Part shown: positions 17,701 through 25,400 of the stretch, piece after piece
Layout of the letters: each line of letters starts with the position of its first letter
Position numbering within the stretch: position 1 is the first letter of the stretch
Source of the DNA: Candidatus Sericytochromatia bacterium
GTDB lineage: Bacteria > Cyanobacteriota > Sericytochromatia > UBA7694 > JACMQJ01
Reading direction: 5' to 3'
Length of the DNA: 29,593 nt
NCBI GenBank assembly: GCA_014377055.1
Contig: JACMQJ010000183.1
Span: forward strand, 1-29,593
Program-made: the position numbers and the translations under genes
Notes under the pieces: generated by a model
Databases searched by the model: none
Seen by the model: only the letters and a program-made list of their open reading frames with translations
What the model was told of the DNA's origin: nothing

Positions 17701-18939
17701 TACTTCTGGAATATAATCATCTTGAATACCATTTATTTTGTCCAAAGCTGCCAAAACATGTTCTTCATTGATATAACCTAATTCGATTAAAATATCAATT
17801 AAACCAGATTTTAATTTAACTAGTTCTTCTGGCTTTTGCATGGCAAAAGATATATAGGTAGGTTTACCTGTATCATTCAAAAATATTTGATCCACTAATT
17901 GAAAAGAATTTAGATCTATGACGTTAACAATAGGTGTGAATAATGCAGGATAATTGACAAATGTCATAACCAATAAATATTTACCAGATGGAGATAGTAC
18001 CATTAAATCAGTAGGATCATCTATTTTACTAAACAATTCTCCTTTAAGTTGAATATTAGCCCTTAAAATTAAATTTTGGGTATCCAAAACTAACAATTCA
18101 GGAGGATTATTACCTTTATCTACCAAAATATATAACCATTGATCGTCAGATATAAGATTACAAAGATTACCATAAGATAGAGGTTGTTTTTTTATTTTAA
18201 GCGTTTTAGCTTCAATAATAAACATACCTGGAGTTTCATTGTCAGTAACAAATATTTTTTTACCATCATTGGTTGATGATACGTTAAGAGTTCTTTTGTT
18301 ACCAGCAGGTCTTAAATGTACTGCACCAGACAATTTATTGGTTTCTGTGTCAAAAATATATAATATGCCAGCACCACGATCTACAAAATAAAGATTCTTT
18401 TTATTATTGGTAACAGTTAAATCAATTGGAAGTGTAACAATAGCTTCTGATGGTGTTGATTCATAATGTAGTTTGGAGAGTACAGGAAAATAAAAACTAT
18501 CATCTGTACTTTTCATTTGCAAATAACTAAAATTCTTTCCAATAGTCAATCCTATTTGATCATTAGGATTCCAATTTAATTCTCCTACTTCTTGGCAATC
18601 ATCATTAGAAAAAATAGCAACACTGTTAACAGCAATAGGAAACCAGTCTGTAGAATTAAACTCAGGTTTATTTTTTTTCCTAATAGGAAAGCTAACTTCG
18701 GTTATTAATTCATCTGTTATAGGATTTTTGATATATAAACAATAATTTTTTTGATCAACATAATAAGATAAAAGTTCAAGCTTTTGTTTGCCTTCTGAAA
18801 TATATTTTTTTTGTATTTCTATTGCTTTTTGTATATGTTCGGGTCTTATTACACCATTTTCAAGTAAAACCTGTTGTATTAATTCTTGTTGGAAATGAAT
18901 ACTGATATTTTTTTGCTGCACGTTTGTATTATAACTCAT
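14782..18939 (-). CDS. Large multidomain cytoplasmic protein: MshEN-like motif, YncE-like beta-propeller, GspE/PilB N-terminal (T2SSE_N) domain, zinc ribbon, two 6-bladed NHL-like beta-propellers
   Basis: QQVLLENGVIRPEHIQKAIEIQ and LIDILIELGYINEEHVLAAL motifs; FLPINKIDGKLTLAIANP (GspE-N-like); CEKC-x10-CSKC; 12 repeats of GxTLIxDxxNxRVIEVxxxxxIxW. No signal peptide or Walker A motif seen. Confidence 0.75.
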   Translation of the reverse strand: MSYNTNVQQKNISIHFQQELIQQVLLENGVIRPEHIQKAIEIQKKYISEGKQKLELLSYYVDQKNYCLYIKNPITDELITEVSFPIRKKNKPEFNSTDWFPIAVNSVAIFSNDDCQEVGELNWNPNDQIGLTIGKNFSYLQMKSTDDSFYFPVLSKLHYESTPSEAIVTLPIDLTVTNNKKNLYFVDRGAGILYIFDTETNKLSGAVHLRPAGNKRTLNVSSTNDGKKIFVTDNETPGMFIIEAKTLKIKKQPLSYGNLCNLISDDQWLYILVDKGNNPPELLVLDTQNLILRANIQLKGELFSKIDDPTDLMVLSPSGKYLLVMTFVNYPALFTPIVNVIDLNSFQLVDQIFLNDTGKPTYISFAMQKPEELVKLKSGLIDILIELGYINEEHVLAALDKINGIQDDYIPEVQNIIQEPLENEEGFGLLEKEMDDDEEQTLTSAQKYPILYQFELDPSLLLAFKEDQMRYFAFLPINKIDGKLTLAIANPANKKKLKEIIEQKFPDLDVVLVDFTMAEFNRFMKEFYKVIKEKYDSIISRQSESEQNQQDLSQHHKEQVQAQNLAKPENKEMVKHTNKAELKALPVNVPRARTELPPNMSANIPSDVRQAVREKLKTLDPTMLEEAIMAICVEDFHSIWGIEVPRADIFKYHSLITRAKDEILDKDYAFIKIENLVGDFSLEIVVNQEKLVVMLKTLSEIAQKKQTQTNVSAPANNNQQVYNAPPVDDEPVKEKSTESICEKCGVSIPAEIEICSKCSRENDHKSQNEDVRSPASPSPLANLNEGHLLIPDTLGNRVLETNEGGQIVWQIANKNNNDLIHPYSAMRLRSGTTLISDSEGDRIIEFTKSGRIYWELKNREGFRDLFLRRPVQAIRLLNGNTLIADQGNHRVFEVNHLDKIVWQYGTTATVGATDKKLYSPSYIQRLSNGHTLITDTDNHRIIEIDENDEIFWQYGNSKNRLGSGYGSAKDQLNSPMFAYKLDNGNTLVVDTGNNRIIEVNQDKQVTWHFATSMDQGCPININALKAYRLKTGHTVIISPEQVIEVGAQGQLIYIRQIEYLAKSPEFKEETISQEEDKIINDRMTTKTHEKARQATSNYVKNMSNLTEIEVALVDRANHKISIVNRYKNIIWRFGESSESSENYLERPQYVELIKDEYVYVADTDNHRVIKIYRPTKEIVWTYGISGAMGSGNNQLGHPRSAVQTPDNNVLITDQYSSRVIEVNLQKEILWTYGGWEGGNNLLNAPYYAERLINNNTLITDWSNHTVIEVDMQGNILWKYGTDRSSGNKSNQLMYPEKATRTSDNTTLIADARNNRVIEINDANRIIWEFMNYKVGNSARQLSSPSNVTRLDNGNTVIVHSSNKQIIEVNKNSEVVWQYQLPIERK

Positions 18940-19112
18940 ATAAAAATTCTTACACCTAAATACTTTATTGAATTATAACTTATCTGAAATTTTTATTGAA
19001 ATATAATTGTTAAACCTAGTATTTTCTAGCTTTTATTTTTTATTATTTCATCTATTTTAGACGCTAAGAATAGACTATATCTCAAATTAATTTCTATTGC
19101 TTAGTTGAAAGA

Positions 19113-20711
19113 TTAAGTTATTTTATCTGTTTTATTGTTGCCATAAGTAATGTGTGGATCTTCAGTGCTAAACCTTAATACTTGTGAACCCGTACTATTG
19201 GTTGGTATGACTGTTTCAACCTTAATATTATTTTTACCAGATGGTAGCGATAATCGTTTTAATAAATTTGGCGAATCAACTCTTTGGTTAACAACATTTA
19301 CATAAATTGGCTCTTGGTTATTAACTGAGATTTTGACAGTTCCTGTAAAGCTAGTACTTGGAAAACTGCCAGATTTTGACTTAACGGGGGTATAAGCTCT
19401 ACTATCAGTTTTAGTATCTTGACTTGGAGTTCCTAAAGATATACAAAAATCTTGTTTAGAAGAAGTTGTATTATTAACCACAGTATTAACAACATATTTT
19501 GTATTATAATTTCCATAAGCTACATTGTTAACATTAGCTTCTTTACCATCTCTAACCAATGTAGCCTGTACATTTACAGCATCAGAATGTTTATTAAAAG
19601 AATAACTTTGAGCAAATTTATTTCCATCCAGAGTTATTTCAGGGATAGAAGATTCTATTTCACTTTTTTCTTTAATAGAGTTAACACGACCCAATGCTAG
19701 TTGTCCATCTGGCTGAACGCCACTTTTTGCTCTTTCACCTATTACAAAGCTATGATTTTTTAAAAAAGGAACAGAATTGTAGGCACTATTATTAAAACCA
19801 ATAACTCCATTGCTAGTTGTTGGTTGATTAGTAAGATTATTCATATCGCTTTCTTTTAATATTGCAGCTTCTAGTTTTAAGCCCTTATCCTTAAAGTCAG
19901 GGTTGTCATTTCCAGATACAACTTTAAAATTGTATTCAGATCTTGCATTGGTTTGATCTGGCTTAGCCTCAAGTTTTGTATAAACCATTGCAGACTCACC
20001 AGGTTTTATGGTTATTGTCTTATTAATTAAGTTATTATTACTTACACTATCTGATGCTAGTTTCATATCAGCAACTCTTGTACTTTCATAATATCCTTTA
20101 GCATTTTTAAATTCGGGCTGATTATCGATCCAAGCCTTATCTTTTTTATCAAACTTATTAGCTATTTGTTGAGAATTATTGTATCCTGAACCTTTAATTT
20201 CAACTTCTATAGGCTTATTACTAGGATTAGTTATAATAACTGATTGGTATATGGGCTTGTTATAACCTTGATTGCTCTTAATTTTTTTGACATCTGAATA
20301 AGAATAAAATTTAAATTCTGTATTTTTGTCAACTCCAAGTTTAGGTTTTTCGGTAAAGCTACCTTTTTCTTTGAGATTATCTGTACTAAAAAGTAATCCA
20401 TTAGATTGTGGTTGCTCAGGATCATCAACTTCTATTGAGATACTACCTTTATGCTTTAGATTAGGTAAATCTTCTATTGTATCAGAAGATACATTGTTAC
20501 TTATGATATTATTCTCATGAAAATTTAAAGGTAATGTTGGTAAGATACTTTTGCTACTTATTTTTGCACTACTGTTATTTTTGTAAATATCTTTAGAAGG
20601 TGCAACAACCTTTTCTTCTGTTAAAATTAAGCTTTTATATAGTCCTTTTTTAGGCTCAGGTTTATCAATACTGCTTAAAACAAGAGATTTATGGCTAGAA
20701 GTAGGATCCAT
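19113..20711 (-). CDS. DUF3370-like protein with low-complexity N-terminal extension
   Basis: DDPEQPQSNGLLFST and AYGNYNTKY...N...TP...FTGTVKI...VVNQR...IPTNSTGSQVLRFST resemble motifs I recall for cyanobacterial DUF3370 (NSPE...GILLST; AHGNYGVxY; FRGTVR; QxRG; YPPDATPPQVLT). The track start is 20762; ATG 20711 is preferred. Confidence 0.6.
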   Translation of the reverse strand: MDPTSSHKSLVLSSIDKPEPKKGLYKSLILTEEKVVAPSKDIYKNNSSAKISSKSILPTLPLNFHENNIISNNVSSDTIEDLPNLKHKGSISIEVDDPEQPQSNGLLFSTDNLKEKGSFTEKPKLGVDKNTEFKFYSYSDVKKIKSNQGYNKPIYQSVIITNPSNKPIEVEIKGSGYNNSQQIANKFDKKDKAWIDNQPEFKNAKGYYESTRVADMKLASDSVSNNNLINKTITIKPGESAMVYTKLEAKPDQTNARSEYNFKVVSGNDNPDFKDKGLKLEAAILKESDMNNLTNQPTTSNGVIGFNNSAYNSVPFLKNHSFVIGERAKSGVQPDGQLALGRVNSIKEKSEIESSIPEITLDGNKFAQSYSFNKHSDAVNVQATLVRDGKEANVNNVAYGNYNTKYVVNTVVNNTTSSKQDFCISLGTPSQDTKTDSRAYTPVKSKSGSFPSTSFTGTVKISVNNQEPIYVNVVNQRVDSPNLLKRLSLPSGKNNIKVETVIPTNSTGSQVLRFSTEDPHITYGNNKTDKIT

Positions 20712-20883
20712 TAAATATACCAAACTAATATAATTAAAATTATTATATGATAAACCTATCAAATCTTGTCTAATTATTTAAATAAATTATATAACAGTAC
20801 TTAATTCTTTTAATTCTCTCTTTCTAATTCATAGGGTAAAATGTAAGTATATAAATTAAAAATTATTGATTAAGGAGTATATT

Positions 20884-21210
20884 ATGGCTGGAAGCGTTAT
20901 AGATGTTACTGACCTAAGTTTTGCAACTGAAGTTGAAAAAGCTACATCACCTGTATTTGTTGATTTTTGGGCACCTTGGTGTGGTCCATGTAGAATGGTT
21001 GGCCCTATGGTTGAAAAATTGGCAGAAAAGTATGATGGCAAAGTAAAGTTTGTAAAAGTAAATATTGATGATAGCCCTGGAGTTGCTGAAAAATTCCATA
21101 TTAGTGGTATACCAGCCTTATTTTTATTTAAAAATGGTGTAGTAGCTGATAATGTAGTTGGAGCTGTTCCAATAGCTAATTTAGAAAATATGATTTCTAA
21201 ACATATCTAA
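20884..21210 (+). CDS. trxA: Thioredoxin
   Basis: VDFWAPWCGPCRMVGP, ISGIP; AAGGAG RBS upstream of ATG 20884 (track start 20866). Confidence 0.95.
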   Translation: MAGSVIDVTDLSFATEVEKATSPVFVDFWAPWCGPCRMVGPMVEKLAEKYDGKVKFVKVNIDDSPGVAEKFHISGIPALFLFKNGVVADNVVGAVPIANLENMISKHI

Positions 21211-21220
21211 ATTTTCAATA

Positions 21221-21255
21221 AAAAGACGCAATATTTTTAAGTTAGCGTCTTTTTT
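21221..21255 (+). terminator. Probable intrinsic terminator after trxA
   Basis: aaaagacgc ... gcgtctttt inverted repeat followed by a T run, 10 bp after the trxA stop; the loop is long (15 nt). Confidence 0.6.
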
Positions 21256-21293
21256 GTTTATATATATTTTAAAATAATAAATTAAGGTCTTAA

Positions 21294-21860
21294 ATGAAAA
21301 GAATAACAAAAATATTATTATCCACAGCTATTTTAGCTTCAACACTAGTTGTTTCAAAACCTTCTTTTGCTCTTAAAGATTTTGAATCAAAAAAAGGTCT
21401 TGCGATTGGTAATAAAATACCATCTTTTGATTTAGAAAATGACACAGGTACAACTATAAAATTTGACGATAATTACAAAGGAAAAGTTTTGTTATTAACT
21501 GTTGCTAATTATTGTAATAAGGACTTAGCTGGTGTATGGACAATCAACTCTTATTATAAATTTTATAAGAATAAAAATTTTGCTTTCCCTTTTATCTTTA
21601 GTCGTCGATGTGTCCCAGGTTATGTACCAAATTTCTTTGTTTCACAATCAGCACATAGCACCTCTAGTCAAGTAAAAATACCATATTTTTTAATGGATTG
21701 GGATGAAGAAATTACCAAAACATTTAAAGGAAGTAAAGAGTTTCCTATAGTTTATGTAGTTGATAAGACAGGCACTATAAGATATAAAGAAGTTTTGAAT
21801 ACACCATTTCTTAGCCATGAAAAAATTGATAAAACATTAGCCTCGCTACTTCAAGAGTAA
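21294..21860 (+). CDS. Exported thioredoxin-fold (redoxin/YtfJ-like) protein lacking CxxC
   Basis: Signal peptide ending SFA-LK; IGNKIPSFDLEN...YKGKVLLL; LMDWDEEITKTF; VYVVDKTGTIRY. Confidence 0.6.
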   Translation: MKRITKILLSTAILASTLVVSKPSFALKDFESKKGLAIGNKIPSFDLENDTGTTIKFDDNYKGKVLLLTVANYCNKDLAGVWTINSYYKFYKNKNFAFPFIFSRRCVPGYVPNFFVSQSAHSTSSQVKIPYFLMDWDEEITKTFKGSKEFPIVYVVDKTGTIRYKEVLNTPFLSHEKIDKTLASLLQE

Positions 21861-21906
21861 TTAAAATTAGTAAATTAAAACCTATCGAAGATGTATTTTT
21901 ATGCTT

Positions 21907-22608
21907 TTAATTTACTAATTTTGCTATATTTAATATTTTATCTTCACTAGATTGATAAAAAGTATTATTATTTAAGACTATTTCTACTTTTTCAATCATT
22001 CCTTGTGACTTTCCCATTAAAGTAGTAACTATTTGTATATCATTACTAATTTCTATCTTAATTGCAGCTTGATTATAGATACGTGCAACTGAGATACGAG
22101 CTTCATTAACAAGATAATTAAAAACAATATCTTCTGTATGAGTTTCAGAATGAGGTAATATGTGCAAATTAACAAAATCTAACATATTTGGTATAGCTAT
22201 AACATAATCATCTTTACCAGCAAAAAAAGTATGGTAGCCAAGATATATTGAACCTGCACTAGTACCCGCTTTGATAGGAATTACTTTAAAAAGATCTTTG
22301 TATTGAGTCAGTACTGTATGCTTATAAGGACTTCCACCAAGAAAATAAACAATATCTGTATCTCTTAACTTTTCAGCAATATTATCATTTGGGTCATCAA
22401 TAATATCAAATTGGCAATTGTATTTAGCAAAAATATTTGAGATATTAGCCTTATAATTTTCGTGCCAATCTGTACCTACAGAAGCTGTGGCGAATAAAAC
22501 TAATTTTGGTTTTTCTTTATTAGTTTCTTTAAGCATATCAAGATGTATTTTATCTGTATCTCTCGCAGGATCTATATTACCCGATAATAAATAAAAATAT
22601 TTATTCAT
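21907..22608 (-). CDS. Peptidase S51 (dipeptidase E-like, class I glutamine amidotransferase-like fold)
   Basis: LFATAS, DIVYFLGGS, nucleophile GTSAGS, ILPH. Confidence 0.75.
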   Translation of the reverse strand: MNKYFYLLSGNIDPARDTDKIHLDMLKETNKEKPKLVLFATASVGTDWHENYKANISNIFAKYNCQFDIIDDPNDNIAEKLRDTDIVYFLGGSPYKHTVLTQYKDLFKVIPIKAGTSAGSIYLGYHTFFAGKDDYVIAIPNMLDFVNLHILPHSETHTEDIVFNYLVNEARISVARIYNQAAIKIEISNDIQIVTTLMGKSQGMIEKVEIVLNNNTFYQSSEDKILNIAKLVN

Positions 22609-22610
22609 CT

Positions 22611-23486
22611 TTATAAGCCAAAACTACTCAAGGAAATTGACTTGTAACCCATGATATTTAATGAGTCTAATTTTATGCCTTCATCCACTTTAAAAACAAA
22701 ATTAATAGTATCTCTTGAATCTTTTTTGGACAGCTCAAAATAATCTCCAACTTGCAAAGCTTCAGTTTTTTTAGAAGCGTTATTACCGCCATATTGAAAT
22801 TTAAAAGTACTCATCGCATACAATCTATAAGATTTATTCTTTTTGTCCAAAACTGTAATCTGGTCTGAGTTAGTATTAATAATAATACCTTTTTTATAAT
22901 GTATCTTACACGTTATGATAACAAAGTTAGTTGATTTTGTAGATTTTTCAGATACCTCTGTTAAATCTACTGAATTTTTTGGAATTAATCTGATAGTTTT
23001 ACCTTTTTTTACATCAACAACTTTAACAGAAGTCCAACCATCAAAAACTGAAATTAAAACCGGTTTTGGCTTAATAATTGGTATAGTTTTTGCTGATTTT
23101 GGTTTTATTGAAGCCTTAGGTTTTGGTGAAGGTACAATTTTGTTAGGTTTTGGGCTTGTTTTGACGGCGAAAATAACAGAAGGAGTAGCAGATGGCATTG
23201 ATGAAGCTTTGTTCTTTTTTAAATTATCATAAATACTATATGATTTCATGGATTTTTCAACTTCAAATAAAGCCTCATAACTCTTACCAAGCCATTTATA
23301 AGCTTCTATGTCACTAGGATTTATTTCAGTTTCTTCATTTAATATTTTTACAGCCTTTTTATAATCTTCTGACTCATAAGCTTTGATAGCATCATCAAGA
23401 TTATTTGCAGAAGCTTGATTTAGAGGATACCAAAAGGATAAGAATAAGATTAAAACTAAAGCTAATGATTTATCTCGTACTTGCAT
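22611..23486 (-). CDS. Exported TPR-containing protein with Pro/Lys-rich linker and C-terminal beta-rich domain
   Basis: Signal peptide ending ASA-NN; TPR-like AIKAYESEDYKKAVKIL...NPSDIEAYKWLGKSYEAL; SPKPNKIVPSPKPK linker. Confidence 0.7.
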   Translation of the reverse strand: MQVRDKSLALVLILFLSFWYPLNQASANNLDDAIKAYESEDYKKAVKILNEETEINPSDIEAYKWLGKSYEALFEVEKSMKSYSIYDNLKKNKASSMPSATPSVIFAVKTSPKPNKIVPSPKPKASIKPKSAKTIPIIKPKPVLISVFDGWTSVKVVDVKKGKTIRLIPKNSVDLTEVSEKSTKSTNFVIITCKIHYKKGIIINTNSDQITVLDKKNKSYRLYAMSTFKFQYGGNNASKKTEALQVGDYFELSKKDSRDTINFVFKVDEGIKLDSLNIMGYKSISLSSFGL

Positions 23487-24438
23487 AATAAGGCTCTTTT
23501 GTCATATTAATTGGATTATATCCATCTGCGTCCATCACCCAAACATCAAAAGTTCCATCCCTATCAGATGTAAAAGCGATTTTACCATTTTTTAGAACAA
23601 CTGGATTGGCATCTACTCCAGGTACTTTAGTTAAATTTCTAAGGTCAGTACCATCAATATTAATACGATATATTTCCATATCCCCAGTTTTGTCTCTAGC
23701 AGTAAAAACAGCTTTAGAAACAAAATTATTATTTAATCTTGAATTTCTCAAATTAACAAAATTATCATTAATTCCAGATATTCTTGAAGAAATATCTCTT
23801 ACATAGCTTGGCATTGCAGCCAATGATAACGGCTTGGAAACAGAAGTAGTAATTTTCTTTTTGTTTGAACCATCAGCATTCATTTTCCATATTTCCCATT
23901 TGCTACCTTCATTTGAAAGGTACAAAATAGTTCCGTCATCAAGAGGTGAAGGATAATCATAATAATTATCAGCATCTGTTAGTTTGGTAACGTTTTCACC
24001 ATCGGGATCAATAGAATATATTTTTGGTTTAACTTCTCTATCCGAAACAATGAGAATGCTACCATCAATAGTTAGAGCTGGTCTATAATTATTAAAGCCT
24101 TTATCTTTTGTTATAGCCTTTAGTCCAGAACCATCATTATTAATAACATAAACTTGCCATGTTCCTGTTCTTTTTGATGAAAACATAACTTTACCATTAG
24201 GTAATATTGATGGATCAGCTTCCTCAAATGCATCATTAGTTAGTTGTACTCTATTTTTTCCAGATATATCCGAAACAAATAAATCAACTTTATTGCCTAT
24301 TTTTGTAATATATGGTATCAAAATATTTCTATTTTGTGCTATTTCTTTTTCATCTTTCATTTGCCTCAAATTAACACACGATGTAAGTGATGTAAATACT
24401 AAAGCAGACATGAAGACAGTTCTAATTATTTTTTTCAT
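23470..24438 (-). CDS. TolB-like lipoprotein with PD40/WD40-like propeller repeats
   Basis: Lipobox SLTSC; repeated P..DG.I.F.S.R.G..QVY.INxDGS...LT units. Confidence 0.78.
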   Translation of the reverse strand: MKKIIRTVFMSALVFTSLTSCVNLRQMKDEKEIAQNRNILIPYITKIGNKVDLFVSDISGKNRVQLTNDAFEEADPSILPNGKVMFSSKRTGTWQVYVINNDGSGLKAITKDKGFNNYRPALTIDGSILIVSDREVKPKIYSIDPDGENVTKLTDADNYYDYPSPLDDGTILYLSNEGSKWEIWKMNADGSNKKKITTSVSKPLSLAAMPSYVRDISSRISGINDNFVNLRNSRLNNNFVSKAVFTARDKTGDMEIYRINIDGTDLRNLTKVPGVDANPVVLKNGKIAFTSDRDGTFDVWVMDADGYNPINMTKEPYYASTR

Positions 24439-24589
24439 TGTAGTTAATCAGACTCGTAATTGTTAAAATATTTTAATAAACTAGGGTTTACAGTTATATT
24501 ATATCACTTCTTAATTTTCAGTCTACAAGCAAAAGAAATCTCTAACTTCCAATCAATATTTTTACTACACTCTAAATCTTTTATAAAGA

Positions 24590-24708
24590 AAGATTTTTTA
24601 ACCACAGATTACACAGATAAACACAAATTAAGAGGATAATTCTTTGATATTTTTTCTTATTAGTTTATTTATTCGTCTTCATTAGCGTAATTCGTGGCAA
24701 AAAATCTT
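24590..24708. repeat. ~119-bp imperfect inverted-repeat element (MITE/REP-like) with internal ACACAGAT-type short repeats
   Basis: Left arm aagattttttaaccacagattacacagataaacacaaatt (from 24590); right arm attcgtcttcattagcgtaattcgtggcaaaaaatctt (to 24708); the outermost 10 bp are perfectly complementary. Confidence 0.6.
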
Positions 24709-24760
24709 ATATTGTAAAAAATAAATATGTTAGATGTTTAGAGTGTAAGCTAAGTAAACA

Positions 24761-25267
24761 TTATAATACAGTAAATCTTTTTATCATTGCATAATAAACA
24801 GGATCAGGCAAAAATGATTTTATAACGGTTTGCCATCCCTCTGGTCCAACTAACCCTTTAACAAAACTTGAGCTTATCTCTGACATCCCTCTTGGTGGCA
24901 TCAAAAAAACAGTAGATATTTCTGAGTTAAGGTCGCCATTAACATTTCTCATAGTCCTCTCAAACTCATAATCAGACTCACTTCTTATTCCTCTAATTAT
25001 GTATTTACATTGTTTTTCTTCGGCATATTTTACCAAAAATCTATTTTCAAAAGTTTCGACAACAATATTATTTAAATGTTTGGTTGACTCTTTAATTAAA
25101 TCTACTCTCTCATCAATGTCAAACGTATAACTTTTACCTGGATTAATACCTATTGCTATGATTAATTGATCAAAAAGCTTAGAACCCTCTGTTATCATAT
25201 ACATGTGTCCTTGAGTTAATGGATCAAAGCTTCCAGCATATACGCCTCTAATAAAATGATTATTCAT
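24761..25267 (-). CDS. coaD: Pantetheine-phosphate adenylyltransferase
   Basis: GVYAGSFDPLTQGH (HxGH-like), IIRGIRSESDYEFE, ISSSFVK. ATG 25267 is preferred to the track start at 25288. Confidence 0.93.
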   Translation of the reverse strand: MNNHFIRGVYAGSFDPLTQGHMYMITEGSKLFDQLIIAIGINPGKSYTFDIDERVDLIKESTKHLNNIVVETFENRFLVKYAEEKQCKYIIRGIRSESDYEFERTMRNVNGDLNSEISTVFLMPPRGMSEISSSFVKGLVGPEGWQTVIKSFLPDPVYYAMIKRFTVL

Positions 25268-25350
25268 ATTCTTCCAACATATCATCATAATTTAAAAATT
25301 AATTATACATTATTAAATTTATCTTCTGTAAATCATGAAAAATATTAACA

Positions 25351-25392
25351 AAAAAGCATTTTAAAAGTTAAATTACTTTTAAAATGCTTTTT
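25351..25392. terminator. 18-bp perfect inverted repeat downstream of citrate synthase, probable terminator
   Basis: aaaaagcattttaaaagt-taaatt-acttttaaaatgcttttt, starting 8 bp after the citrate synthase stop on the minus strand. Confidence 0.75.
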
Positions 25393-25400
25393 ATGAAAAT

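Noticed and set aside
19452-21041. Short ORFs 19452-19700, 20231-20428, 20326-20520 and 20856-21041
   Set aside because: They lie within or antisense to the DUF3370-like gene or trxA, with no independent evidence.
21907-22608. Cyanophycinase assignment based on GTSAG
   Set aside because: It has the PepE-type LPH rather than the cyanophycinase DxHF motif, and no cphA is nearby.
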